DNA of 62,856 nt, counting the filler, from Choristocarpus tenellus KU-1152 (taxonomy: Eukaryota > Protista > Phaeophyceae), in assembly GCA_964200185.2 (NCBI GenBank). It is 9 parts of 9 records of this genome, joined end to end, with 100 filler letters (N's around TTAATTAATTAA, not from the genome) between each part and the next. Parts side by side here need not be neighbours in the genome. Positions count along the whole stretch, not along the records: positions 1 to 3,397 come from CAXNAD020020313.1; positions 3,498 to 8,972 come from CAXNAD020010664.1; positions 9,073 to 13,200 come from CAXNAD020016076.1; 6 more parts are not named here. One strand, 5' to 3'. Under the pieces are notes generated by a model. It was given only the letters and a program-made list of their open reading frames with translations, did not search any database and was not told the DNA's origin. Below, in pieces: positions 1-13,300 of the stretch. The translations under genes and the position numbers were made by a program. Within the stretch, counting starts at the first letter, position 1. Every line of letters starts with the position of its first letter.

Positions 1-85
1 TAAACAGTGAGGTTGGGTTTTGTGTGGGGATGGGGGGTGGGGGGGGGGGGGGGGGGGGGGGGGGGGGAGAGAGAGAGAGAGAGAG

Positions 86-241
86 AGATCTACACTATAG
101 TGTTCATTTGGACCCTGACCAGGAAATGTGCACTTATATTATCCATCCAATACCACATGCAACCAAATCACCCAAAAATATTGTGACATGAAAAAATAGG
201 CCCAAAATGGACAGCTGCCACACACACACACAGATGCTTTG
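86..241 (+). mobile_element. MITE family B copy (poly-G/GA-expanded left arm)
   Basis: Colinear with the full copy at 48518-48694 (GTCCATTTGG...ATTATCCATCC...CCAAATCACCCAAAAAT...GGACAG...CAGATGCTT). Confidence 0.7.
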
Positions 242-834
242 ATGTGTGTGATTGTTGAATGGTGGGGGGAGGGGGATAAAATCATTTTTGTTGAGAGATG
301 GTGACAGTTGGGATCGGATAAGAATCAACATGTGGCATCAAGGTTTTTGACTGGTTGTTGTACGATGGATGATGTAACCGACAATGGAGGATTTTATTGA
401 TTAAAAGCGTAATGCCCTGGTTGACCTGAAATTTTGTGTGTGAGGAGACACATTCTAAATTTTCTGGCAACATCCTTTCACTTCTTCCATATAAATACAT
501 TTTTTTTTGGTCCTAATATCATGGTTTCGAAATTATATGTTCTTGTTCTTACTTCAAACTTTTTATTTTATTTTGAAGATGTTACATCCTCTTGCGTTAT
601 ATTTTTCTTCGTATTTGAAAGTTATTGCATCTCCTCTACCTATATTTAAATCCTGCCCCCGCCCCCCCCCCCGCCCCCCCTCCTAGTTACTCATTTTCTG
701 GCAGTTACAACTAAGACTGAGTGAACAACACAACCGTGAACAACCAGCAGAAGTGCCTTGAGTGACCTTTAGGTGTTTCCTCATCTCCAAGTCTCAATCA
801 AAACGCCTTAACGATTTCCCTTTTCGTGTACCAG

Positions 835-3385
835 CTGACAGCTTCGCTGGAAGAGGTTTCCCTTCTGAAGGGGAAGGCGTACGGAGAGGTTGCCTTGCTT
901 GCCGGAGACCTGCTGCAGTACACCAAGGCTGCTCCGTTTGCTTCGCGTGTGGATGGTCTTCGCAAGGTGTGACAGGAGAGGGTACAGGCGGGGGGTGATG
1001 ATTGGGAAGTTGGTCTATGTTTGTAGAAGTCGTTTTTTGTTTGGGCAGTATTTGTCTGTGTTCTACTTGTGTGATTATGATCACAAATGGAGTGTGTGAT
1101 GTTTGAGGGGAAGAGGTTGACGGGAGAGACTGGGGGGCTGGGGGGGCTGTTTGTTTGATCTTTTCTTTTTTTTTGTTCGTGTTTTAGATGTTGGTGGGAG
1201 GTGTTGGTGTGTGTGCAATAAATGTTACTATTTCCTTTTTCGGTGGATAAAGGCTTCAAGAGATGTACGCATGTTTTTCCTTTTTTTTGACAGGAGAGAG
1301 TTGACGAGACATAATTATGTTTGAATTCTGCGGTACTTGAACATGGAGAAACATCTTTAGCTATTTTTTTTGGTTTTGTCTGCGATGACAGTTACACCAC
1401 GGTTTTGCACAAACAAACGCTGACACAGACGCACGCATGCATGCATATTATCCACACAGGTATGTGCGTTGATTTTTTTTTTTGCTTTCTTTTGTTTGTG
1501 TCTGCTTCTTTCCTCACACTTATCAGTACTACTACTATTCTTATTATTGTAATATGATTATATTATTATTATCATTTTTTTTTGTTCTTTTCTTTCACAG
1601 GCTATTGTCTCGGAAGACCCTGAGGTGCTAGCGATCTCACCGTCTCTTTCGGTGGGTGTAGACCTGCTCACAGCTCTTTTCGATGACTCGGAGCAGAAGG
1701 TGCGTAGTACTGCCTTGGAGACATACCTGCGACGAGTGTATCGTGCCCATGAGATACTGTCCATCACGGTGAATGCTGGTGGGGAGGCTGGGGGCCCGAT
1801 GGACGTCAACTGGTCGTTCCGTTTCCGGGACACTGCTCCTGAGGAGTCTCCGGTGAGTTGACTTTTGTTTGGGTAAAGGAAAGGGTGGGTGGGGAGGTAG
1901 GTGTTTGGTCTGTGGTGGGGAAGAAAGAGTGTGCGAGTTGTGTGTATGAATGTGGTTTGTGTTGGTTGTTTGGTTTGATGATGATGTGGTGTAGAATACA
2001 TGTTTAGTGCACGTCTACTAGGATGTTCAAATAATCGAGCCGATTGAGGTAGGAAAGGTTGGATTTCAGGACGGAAATAACGTGCAGATGGATAGATGTC
2101 AATTCTGTTACAATTCGCAGGAAGAGCCTTTGTTAAATTGTGGTGTCACTTTTTTTGCGTGGAAGGTGGGAGTTGATCAATATTGTGTATACTGTTAGTG
2201 TCTGCACACAAACGCAATGAAATAGAGTTTATTGTACAGGCTAAGAAATACGACCTAGAACCAAAAAAATTGGCCCTCTGACTGTGTATGTGACGTAATC
2301 TATCTTATTTTGTTGAGGTGCAGAGACGTTTGTGAGCATGTGGTAACTGTGGAGCATGTTACCACTAAGTCTGTTCTAAAGACCCCTCTGTTTCCTCGTG
2401 GTTTGCTGTTTCCTTTTGGTTGAATACAGATCCGTTATGGGCACATGGTGGTGCTCCCATCTTTCAAAGATCTCACTCCTGAGGCAGTGTCTAGGCTGGT
2501 GGGAACCATCCAGGCAGCTAAGGATGCTGACGATGGCGAGTCTACGAAGGGGCAGCCTGTGAATGTTCTTCATGTTGCTTTCCTTGAGGTGAGATGTGCT
2601 ACTTAGGTTGCTTTGGGTGGGGGGGGGGGGGGGGGGGGGGAGTTTCTTGTCCCCTCTTGGCCACACCCTCTCCAGGGGAAAGATTTTTTACAATTTTAAA
2701 AAAANNNNNNNNNNCTTTCCTTGAGGTGAGATGTGCTACTTAGGTTGCTTTGGGTGGGGGGGGGGGGAGTTGAGGTTAGGGTTAAGGTTAGAGTTGATGG
2801 AGGAGGAATAATTTGGGGGGCTGTTGGTTGGGTTATTGTTTTGTTCTTGGTGAATTTTGAATTTTCTTGAGGTAGTTTTTTTTTTATATTTTATTTGTAC
2901 AGATTACTGATAGTATGTATTTATTTATATTGTAACGTTGATTTTAGTGATACATCTTTGACTTTTAAATTTTGTTTGAAAATTCTCTGAAAGTGCTGTT
3001 TTATGTTGTGATTGTGAAGGTGACGTTTGTGTGTAATGTTGTACCATCAACGATGATGAATGTTGTGTAATTTTTGAAGGAGTGCCAAAGGATTGCATTT
3101 GGGAGGGAGGAGGGTATTTTTTTTTCTTCTGATGTAAATAGTTGGCAGATTGAACTTACTATTGAATCATTATCAGCAGTGCCGTACACCTTACGTTTTT
3201 TTTTTTGGTAATACATGAAGATACTTTAAAGTATGCAGTAATTGACCCTCTCACCTCCAGTCCTTTGTTCCTCTTCCTTTTTTATTGTTGCTAAGACCGA
3301 TGGTGGGGGCGCAACCAGTGAGGAGTTGGACAAGACCATCTTCGAGGCAGAGTCTCTACTCAAGGCACAGGAGCCTGCCCTTAGG
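835..3385 (+). CDS. ACC: Acetyl-CoA carboxylase (homomeric, central region), 4 internal exons: 835-966, 1601-1852, 2430-2588, 3296-3385
   Basis: All four exons have AG/GT boundaries in phase 0 and join into one open frame: LTASLEEVSLLKGKAYGEVALLA...VDLLTALFDDSEQKVRSTALETYLRRVYRAH...WSFRFRDT...IRYGHMVVLPSF...PVNVLHVAF. ALETYxRRxYRA and NVLHVA are typical ACC central-domain motifs. Partial gene (contig ends). Confidence 0.88.
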
Positions 3386-3397
3386 GTATGAATACAG

Positions 3398-3497
3398 NNN
3401 NNNNNNNNNNNNNNNNNNNNNNNNNNNNNNNNNNNNNNNNNTTAATTAATTAANNNNNNNNNNNNNNNNNNNNNNNNNNNNNNNNNNNNNNNNNNNN
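3398..3497. other. Artificial contig linker (N run + TTAATTAATTAA + N run); identical linkers at 8973-9072, 13201-13300, 15969-16068, 25106-25205, 28060-28159, 36460-36559, 42699-42798
   Basis: Eight 100-nt spacers carrying a six-frame stop cassette. Confidence 0.98.
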
Positions 3498-5299
3498 GGG
3501 GGGGGTGGGGAAGGGGGGGGGGGGGGGGCCGGGCCCGGGGGGTGGGGGGGGGGGGGGGAGGAAGGAGAGTACATACTCTACCCAGAACAGTATTTTGTTA
3601 AATTGAATATGTATTATTTCACTTGAAATGAATAAGCAGTATATCCACCACAGATTTGGAAGCAAAAGATAGTATTTGAGGTAATTAATCCCTTGGAACA
3701 TTTGGAATGAGAAGTTTATATTTCAGACAAAAAATTCTTGATAGCAACAAAGAGAAGCATCAGAACCTATCTTCTAGGTTCAAGTAGTGCCCCATCACAA
3801 TATTGTGACTGCTGAGAGCAGTCTGATTGCTGATACTGAACCGTCTCTTCCTGATGAAATGACCCTGATAACAACCTGACAGCAAAATGCATTTTTGTAA
3901 CTTAAAAAGGTAATGCCATCCTGAATCACACAAATGCCTGAGGATTGGATAGGTACCTGAGAAGGAAAAAATATATATATTTTTTGGTTGTTCTGGAGCT
4001 CTTTTCAGAGCAAAACAGTTAGTATTTGCCATGATTACAGACAAAAGTCAGAATCAAATAGTTTGAACAGGACAAAAGGGTATTGTGTTTACTACACTGT
4101 TTTTTCCCACCAAAGTTCATTCTCGGAAATATTGCTGATTGATGAAGGGCTTCCAATTTGTGTCTGAGTCAAGTATCCGAGAGGTGTCTTTGTTTTGGTT
4201 GGTTTGAGTTTTTTAAGGGTTTTTTCAATCTTGGTACAAGTGGATGAAGACAATTCATAACGAACACATCGATAAGGATAACATCTGCAAGCTGAACATA
4301 CTCACAATACAGCCAAAATGCACTCCATACCTCTGGGTTGTGCTCCAGAAACACTTACCACCAAAAATTCAGAGGGTTAACTAAAACTCAGTGCGACCCT
4401 CCTCTCTCAGTTGCTTTTGACTTTCTGTTTGTGTAGCGGCAAGCCTTGCCAGTGCCCCCACCCATCCCTTGTCTCGACGTCATTCAAAGTATGCCAAACT
4501 CCCCTGATCGCACAACCTGTCCACTATAGTAATACTTGTTATTTTATATGTTGTAGGACAAAAAAAATGAAAAAAATATCTTGAATCATGACCACCCCCC
4601 ACAGATCAAGAATCCTCACAACCATTGGATCCTTATGCACCACCCAAGCCCTGTACAATGTTTTCCCCATCGTAAATTTAGGATGCTGACGGCAAGGGTA
4701 TATCTTCTGGAGATGGGGAGGGTGTTTGGGATGGGGCTGGGAGTGGGGGCGGAACGGGAAATGGATCTGGAGCTGGTGTAGAGGGGGAGGGGGTGGAAGA
4801 GGGGAGCTTGGATGCCTTGCTGGTGTTGTCACAGGACAGCTCTTCCAGCCAGAAGGTATAACCACAAGAGGATAGTTTAATGCCAGATTTTTTTCCGGGC
4901 CCCTTGATTTTGCACAATTTGCTCTGAAAGAGTAATCTGTACCTAGAAGTAGGTTAATGAGCTGACAAGGAAAGCCCCTCAAGGCTCCAATGCCTGATGC
5001 GATACTGTGTTTGATTAGGATAGGCTTCTTGGATCCAACCTCCTTGCAAGTGCTCAAAATGGCTGTGTCCGATTATGTACTCATAGTAGGATTGACTGGA
5101 CCCACCTCAAATTTTTCATCCCAAAAGTGTAGACAATTTAATGATCTCAAGCTTGAATTTTTGTATCTATCACTCATCTTCCCTGAAAATGTATGTATGT
5201 ATGTATGTATTTCCCCATTATGTCTTCATCAAATATTTATTATGTGAAATTTCATTTTGTTTCCTTCTTCCAGTTCAAGTCCTTTTGTTCCCCTCCCTC

Positions 5300-7200
5300 C
5301 TCCCTCCCCTAACCTATTTCTTGCAGAAGCATGTTTACGGTGGTGTAATTAAATCCGAAGCAAATGGTGCTGAGTTAGAAAAGAAAATGCATTTCGTAGG
5401 ATGTGGGGTAGGGCATTGTGTTTTAGAGTGGAAAGCCCAACTCATTGAAGTTGCAGTAGGATGGTTGGGTTCACTTTGCAACAACTGTATGTTTAAGTGT
5501 AATGCCCATTGGGGTCTTGAGAGTGCCTGTGTCTCACTCCAAAATGTGACCATGGGCATGAGGAGTACTTTGATATTCTCCTTCAAGAGGATAACATGGT
5601 GGTTTTGCACTGGTTTGATGTAATGTATATGTAGCAGATGGATCTGAACAAGAACATTAGCAAGTACAAGGAGCTTACTGGAAGATCTTCATGAGTGCTT
5701 CGTACCATGACCCCAACTGTATCCATCAAATGCATTCCTATTTCTGTACCTCGAGAATTTCAAAAACCTGATCATAACAAGATCTAAAGAAAGCTGGTGT
5801 GCTGTACCTTTTCGCCCTGCATGTTCTATCTTTACGCTCAATGCCTGCCTTGAGTTTCTGACCACTTTTTTTGCCACTGTTGTGGAGAAGAGCTCAGCAT
5901 AGCATGCATGGTGTGATGAGGACATGAGGTTGGGGTTTAGCGTTAGAGTTAGGCTGCCAAGCAATCAACCCCACGAAGTTTTTAGATGTGTAATCCATCT
6001 CCAATATTGTCGAAGGGAGGTGTACCCTACTTTGTATCATTGTGCAATTGAACGCTTCTATGATATGTTGTTCTGCAGGAGATAGGGAGTGAAAGCAAGA
6101 GAGTATGGGTGAAGGTACTAGAAATATCAACCCTAACACTACTCCAATGTCCGACTGTGTTTGGTGTGGAGAGCACTCCTTCAGAAAGACTTGTGGTCCA
6201 AAGATAAGGCCGTATTTGCAACTATTGCACCTTTGGCACCCTAACGCTCTTAGAGAAAAACGTGCTACTGCAAGAACTCCCCCGTAGTGCCCCTTGTGGT
6301 GCACAGCCTCAGCAGCTGTCTTCTGAACCCATATCATACCTTGGTACCATGTCTCCTTCGCGCTTTGACTGGGAATGGCAACAACTTGTGCGTGGATTCC
6401 CTGTTGCCCCCACCAAAAGAAACTGCACTGTGTATGCGGGTTGTGCTCCACATTGAGGTAGACTCTACCAGTCAAGAACCTGCTCTGTGTGTGAATGAGT
6501 GAACTCTTGATTTTCAATAACTTCTACAGTGTGGATGAGCATGCGAGGTGGTCATAATCAGATTGCTCATGGGACAAATGGGGCTGCGTTGAGCCCTTCA
6601 ATGTCCTCGATCCATCAAGGGCGTCTTCATAGCAGTGTCAAATAAATTGAACATGCCTGTATGGTCTCTGTGTGCACATGCTGAGTCCCTACCAACAAAA
6701 GGATATAGAATATCGAGTCTGCAAGTGTTCTTTGTTTACGTGGGGATGGAGCTTGGAATTGTTGTGATATACTGCCATCGCTATGACAGGGTTGATCAAG
6801 AGCCTTCTCATTGCATCTTGAGACAGCAGGGGATGAATGTAACTTCTGCAACACACACGTACATAGATTTTAAATTTAGGGATGTCTATTTTTGTGTGGA
6901 TAGGATAGTCATGCCACAATGTCTTAAACACAACATTCATGTCTCTTATGTCAAGCGTGACATATCAACTTTGACTTGGTTTTTTACTGCCGCATTCAAA
7001 TACCAACTGTGAAATATGTCACAGTTGGTAACATCAGGCGCATTCTGGATAGTGTTGTTACCAAATAGCTCCAAAAAACTATTTTTGTTTTCACTTACTC
7101 ATACACCTACCTGTGCAAGGGCATTACTGCACTGTGCCCCATGCTCTATTCAAGTTAATATTCGCACAAGCGCACTCCAATGAATTCCAAGTGTCATTTC
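5300..7200 (+). pseudogene. Heavily decayed Cys-rich transposase-like remnant, possibly KDZ (Kyakuja-Dileera-Zisupton)/HMGXB3-type
   Basis: Broken frames give HAWCDEDMRLGF (cf. ..DG..LGF), LHCVCGLC, GIVVIYC and FRDVYFCVDR (cf. F..DRFH); many stops and frameshifts. Confidence 0.3.
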
Positions 7201-9899
7201 AGATTGTGCTGGGTGCCAGCCAGTACCGCTCCCAGGGTGTTTCCCTGATTTTTTTTTAATTCAGTGTGCAGTAATGGTTTTGCCTAGCATCATTTTTTTT
7301 TAAAGAAAAACTATTGAGAGTTAATCAAGGCTTGATCTCCTGCAGTGCCATTGTCATTGTACCCACTTTTTTTTTTGTATGTGCCATTTTTTTGGGGGGT
7401 AGTACAAACTATAACATCCGAAGCACGTATTTCAATGCTTTTATTTACAAACGTCTTTGAAGAGGTTTTCACTGCAATTACGTTGTCGTTGAATCTTACA
7501 CGATCAATTTGCTTGCGTTGTAAGTGTGACATCTTGACCCTAACCCTAGCCCTAACCCTCTACTACGGCAGCCCCAACTACTTACCAGTTCACTTTCCTG
7601 TCCCTCTCTTGCTGTGTATGTAATGCCGTCGTTGGCTGCTTCTGTTGGTGGGGGTTGGGGGGGGGTCTTGTTCCCAAAACAGGAGTCATCATCAGACCCC
7701 CTCATGATGGGGGGTAACCTGTTCTCTCCACCATTTTCTCAAGAGGATTCCCTATCTCAGGTCAGTGAAAATGATGCAATGTGGAGGGGGCAAGGGAAGG
7801 GAAGATGGTGTTATTATCGTAAGAACGTCAAGTTTTGTCTGTTTCTTCTTTTTGAGTGTGTTTTTTTTACAAGAACAGGTTTGAATTCACCTAGCATTGT
7901 AACGCCTTTGTCGTCACCCCATGCTTGGGATACACCCTCCTCAAGCTTCTTGGGAGATTTTCGCAACCTTTGTAACAATTTTGCTGAGCTTAGGGTTAAG
8001 GTTCTTGTTACGAAGTGGTTAGGATTTTTACTTGTGCCACCCGTGGTTAGGAGACACCCCCCTTGACTTTTTTTCTTGAAGGACGGGTGTGTTCTAACCA
8101 TTTTTTTTTGTTTGTTTTCCTTTGCCTCCGCTGTTTGTTTTTTTTCATTTTATGACCCTTGTTGGCATTTCTGTACCGGTGTGTATTGGTCTCTTGAATT
8201 ACCGTGTCAACCACAGTCATGGTGTCCCTCAAGACTAAGGTGATAATAGAAAAATAATAATAAGCATGCGGTGATGACTTGAGCATGAGAGTGCGTATGC
8301 ATATGTGCTTTTATGTGGAGATGTGAACAACATTCACGTTGCCTTGGTACTGTTTAGTAGTGCAGGAGAAGAATCGCATATCCCAAGCAATTGCAATTAC
8401 CGTCGACCTTTAGACAGGAGTTTCGCAGAAAGAGCTAGTAGCTCGCTTGGGGTTGGTTGGTTCAAAAATCACGTTTTGGGATTATGCTTCATTTTTTTTT
8501 TTCTGCAGTCTGTAGTGCAATTCAATGACTTCCACCATGTTATGGTGACCACAGTGCCTTTGTCCCAAGTCTTTGGGAGTCTGTAACTCCGGAACCAAAT
8601 AATTTGGGTGCTGAGAAGTGGTGCAATGTGTCACTTTATTCTGGTATGAACAAAAAAAACATCATGACCAATTTCGAATATCCAACAAAGATTCGAATTT
8701 TGATTTCGTTTGACCAAGTATGCGCGCGGTTAATTTTGGGGTAAAATACGAACAACCTTGGCTTTGATGTAGGTTATCAATATTTTTATGGGGGGTACTT
8801 GATTCCTGAATCATTGTCTTGCTCCTCTTCCCAAGATTCAATCTGTTATCGTTGATTTACACTCCAATTTATGTATGCTCTTTGTCCATTTGTTGATTAT
8901 ACAGAAGTGAAAATAGATGTTTCAAGTGAAGGCTCAAAGTATCTGGGGGGGGGGGGGGGGGCCTGTCCTTTCNNNNNNNNNNNNNNNNNNNNNNNNNNNN
9001 NNNNNNNNNNNNNNNNTTAATTAATTAANNNNNNNNNNNNNNNNNNNNNNNNNNNNNNNNNNNNNNNNNNNNATGAAAAAATTGACCCCAAAAGGACAGC
9101 TGCCACCCCCTCCCAGATACTTTGACCCATGTGACTACAGTAGTAGTAGTTCCTCCTCCTCCTCCTGGTTGGTATGAAAAGACAAGGATCCATGATGTGC
9201 GACATCTGATGAAGTTTGGGAAGGGGGGAGGTGAGGGTAGATATCGGGAACTATTGCATTTGTGACTCTTTGGGCGGAGTATAGTTCCATGAGGGGAATG
9301 GCTTTGCTTGTTACATACTCAGAGTATGCAATAATTAACCACTCTGACTATTATACAGCAATATGTGCCATGGAATAGAAATAATATTTTGTTAGGTGTG
9401 AACCACGTGGGATGTATGGGGTATAGATTGAGTGAGGACAGGACGACTTAGCTCCACAATGTATGAGAGCCTCTGATTTCTTGCGGGTGGTACAGTACGG
9501 GCTAGATGGGAAGTTCGGTCGGCTTTTGAGTTGCTTGGCTTCACCATGAGACATGTATGAATCTTTTTGCATTCATCCTCAACCAAAAAATGATAACTGG
9601 GACCATGACATGAGATGTGCTAAAAGGCATGAGAATGATTGTCGTAGAGAACATCTTATGACCCCTATAGTGAATAGAACTCCTAGGTTGCTGAACCTGA
9701 AAGTAATTGCACGTGACAAAATTAATTGGACTCTTGTCGGGATTGTTGACTACTTCTACACCATACGTCTTTGCAATACTGGAACATTCAGTGCGCTATA
9801 AGATGAGTTGCAATAACATAACAACTTTATCTATAGTTGTATATGTTTGATACTTTGATCAAATAAGTTACATAGAGTGAAGTGAGTCAAGGTAAAACG

Positions 9900-11900
9900 A
9901 CATCGTTGATGCTAATATGATGACCGTAGATATCTACCTATAGAGTACGTGGCGATTTTGCATATTGTAAGCTCCAAGTCTTTTCGTTGTGTTTTTATTG
10001 CCATTTCATGGGATGAATCAAACTGTAGCAGAATCTACAGTGGTTTGAGTGTCTCCAGTATAATTTGTGGAACTCTGAACTATTTCCTCCAAATCTACCC
10101 TAAAACGGAACGTATTCGGGGTTCCAGATGGAGTCTGACATATAATTGCTTCTCAAGGTTGTGACACGTCGATTCGGAGCTTCCCACGAACAGGAGGACA
10201 AACACATAGGGAATGGTGCGGTTTTCAGCCCTAATGCTCCAAAGCGGAAATCACATACACCCTATATATGTAGCCTCCAGGAACTTGGCTGGAAAAAGCA
10301 TGTACCTCTTCTGTTGTTGTTTTTTTCCGTTAGAAAACATGTGCATTTTGTTGACTTCATATATCCTGTGGGATGTGCTTGCCAAGTTTGGAGTGCTTGA
10401 GAAGATGATCTCAATCATTCTGCAGTTTCACGATAAAGTGCGGGCATGTGTCTGCACGGATGCTGGAGAGTATGAGGTCAAACTAGGGCCTTCAGTAAGA
10501 GTGTATTGTAGCCTCCATTCTGTTCAATATTTTCTTCACTGCAGTACTAAGTACTGTGCAAAATAGAACAATAGTGAGGTGTACCTTATTTTGTGCATAT
10601 GAGATTGTTGTGTTGAATTGAGTCCATGTGATGTAACTAATAAAATAGTACATCCAGATTATGTATGGGATTATGTATTGGTATTTATTCTGCATTCAAC
10701 TTTGACATGACCGTTGACTCAGATAGGAAGCACAAATAAATAATAAAAAAGCAATGAGAAGACACCACACACAAACGGTCACTCTTCTAAATTTCAACCA
10801 TCCATTATTTTTTTTCACGTTCAGCAAAGGGGTCGTGTGAGGCTTCACACTCTCTTATCTTCACTAATGAGAAATAGTATTACCTACCAAGGTAATTTGC
10901 ACAAGTACGACTTAGTGATGAGGCGTTAAATACTGACGCGATCATCTCTAAGGATCTTGTTTTCATTAAGGGAAACAGCTCTGAAAATTAACCAGGTCAG
11001 AGATAAGGAGAAGTGATGTAGGGAGTGGGGGAACACTTAGTGGTGCCCTTGGTGTATATGCTGCTCAATGCTGATGATGAGGGCATCATCAAAGACCTAT
11101 GGAAGTTCGGCCAGAACATTGGCTGTGATCGTGAAGGTGGCCAGATCATTCAGAGCTTAACCATATCTGGGGTGAGAACAGAGACCATGTGGCTTCAACC
11201 TCCCAACAAGGCCACAGATACTACACAGATTCGGGCTTTGGATCAGAGGTGCAAACAGACTGGTAGTTTTTGTTTACCTTGAAGGCCTCATCAGTGATGA
11301 AGCTGGTATCACCCCCAAGCTCATACGGGTTCAAAAGAGCCTGGAGATGGTTCTGTGAGTATATAGCCAAGTGCTGTAAACATAACCACAGTTGTATCAA
11401 TTGAAAGATTTAAATGACCAAGCTTGAAGTACTCGAGGTCCTCTTGTATTGCTGTGTGACATGTGCACTCCGCCATGTTTACTAAGTCTACTATATGAAG
11501 CTTCGCTCTCACCACTACAAATTTCTTCTAAACTGCACTGGAGATGGAAAACGGGAATGCACTGACGATCACTCATAGTCCTACAAATAAGCCTATGTGA
11601 AGACTAGGTGTGATCGTACCCAAGGCACACTATGAAAGATTGAGACCCCATACATAATCCGTATATCTCATTTGTTACATTACATGGTGGACTCAATCCA
11701 ATGCCATAATCTCACATACGAAATAAAGGGTACATCTTACGATAGTCCTATTTTGCACAGGGTCAACAGACCAGCACAAGTGGTACCAGTATATGGTTGA
11801 CATGAAAAACAAACGTCATGGATGGAGATGTGGCATTTCAGGGAAGCCATGATAGTTGACCGTCATCATAGCACACAAGCAGCAGAAGTGGCAGCCCAGA
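9900..11900 (+). mobile_element. Decayed non-LTR retrotransposon (RTE-like LINE) reverse transcriptase, interrupted by an AT-rich insert at ~10560-10920
   Basis: Fragments LWDVLAKFGVLEKMISIILQFHDKVRACV, a decayed QG..LFNIFFTAVL segment (10478-10550), MLLNADDEGII (YADD motif decayed) and LTISGVRTETM follow LINE RT motif order. Confidence 0.75.
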
Positions 11901-13300
11901 CAGATCAGGGCACATGGTCACTCACCTCTATCTGCTGAATACTACCCTTTTTTGTCCTTATTTCCATGGTGTGCTATGTGATGACTGGTGTTTTCGGATT
12001 AGATGGAATCCATGAGGCACTGAATTTCTCTTTCCACAATTAACAATAACATTAGCAATAACAACAATAGCATCAACAATAACATTAACAATAACAGCAA
12101 AATAACTTAGTACATTTAGAGTTGTACAACCCTTAGTGCTTGACATGTGGCCTTTGGATAAAATCGATATCAGGATCCCCTAAAGGAAGAGTGGGCGCGT
12201 GGCTCAGCTTTATGTAAGATCACTGCCCTTCAACTGCTGAGCTATGAAGACACTCCATATGAAATACCTCAACAATAACGTATGTGGCACGCTGGTGGTG
12301 TGTCTAAGCCCTGAGAACGAATCACAACAATGCCTTCTTGAGGTGACAGAACAACAAGCTAGATGTGGAATATGTACATCTCTTCAAGTTTTTTAACCCT
12401 TGAACGGCACAAGAACAGAACTATTTCCCCAGTATCATTTTGCTTTACTTACTCTAGTAGCAACATTTGTTTCAAGTATCGCTTGCTCACAACCAAGGGA
12501 TGAGAAGGTGACACACAAGGGGCCAGGTTGTAGCGGGAAAAGACCTCAAAAGTGAAGAAAGCTTTCAAATGATTCGTCCATATTTGTCTATATAGTGTGT
12601 GGTGTGTACAACTAGAACACACAAGTTGCACATCATTCAAAGAGCAGGTATAAAGGTGGGGCAAAATAGGAAGATATGATTCATTGAGGAATAACTCTTA
12701 CAATTTTACTTAAGGAAGTTACACATTCAGTAGCTCATGATCACCATGTGGACAACGTGTGGCCACACCCTTTTTCTTCTTTTTATGGAGTTAGAAGGTA
12801 TACCCTCAACAACTGATAGAACATTTTATTATTTTTCAAGTTACAAGTAGGAAAAAATGACGTCTATCAATTTCAATTATTTGTGAAGTTGTGGTAAGAC
12901 CTCACCAAAGTATCTACAATCCCCAATCACTTCTTCAACTACGTACAACAGGAAGACATATCCCTCTTTGTTGAGCACAAATCAGCAACCCCGCCCTATC
13001 CACCCTTGGGGACTATATTTGATCACTTCACCAGGAGCTGGTGGTAAACTGAACAGGAGTAGGAATGTCTGATAGAAACCAATGAGTGACATAGACTATT
13101 TCTTTCTAATGAATGACATATCACACATCAAAGTGAACTGGAAAAGAAATGGCTCAAAGTATCTGGGGGGGGGGGGTCTACACCAGGGTGTCCATTTGGG
13201 NNNNNNNNNNNNNNNNNNNNNNNNNNNNNNNNNNNNNNNNNNNNTTAATTAATTAANNNNNNNNNNNNNNNNNNNNNNNNNNNNNNNNNNNNNNNNNNNN

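Noticed and set aside
2578-2768. ~55-bp direct repeat of the ACC exon 3 end and donor on both sides of a 9-N gap
   Set aside because: Identical overlap flanking a gap at a poly-G run; most likely an assembly artefact, not exon duplication.
3442-3453. Recurrent TTAATTAATTAA palindrome between N runs, superficially like a spaced repeat array
   Set aside because: Artificial six-frame-stop linker used to concatenate contigs.
3498-3560. Poly-Pro/poly-Gly ORFs from long G/C runs (also 1-87, 2618-2640)
   Set aside because: Low-quality homopolymer sequence at contig edges.
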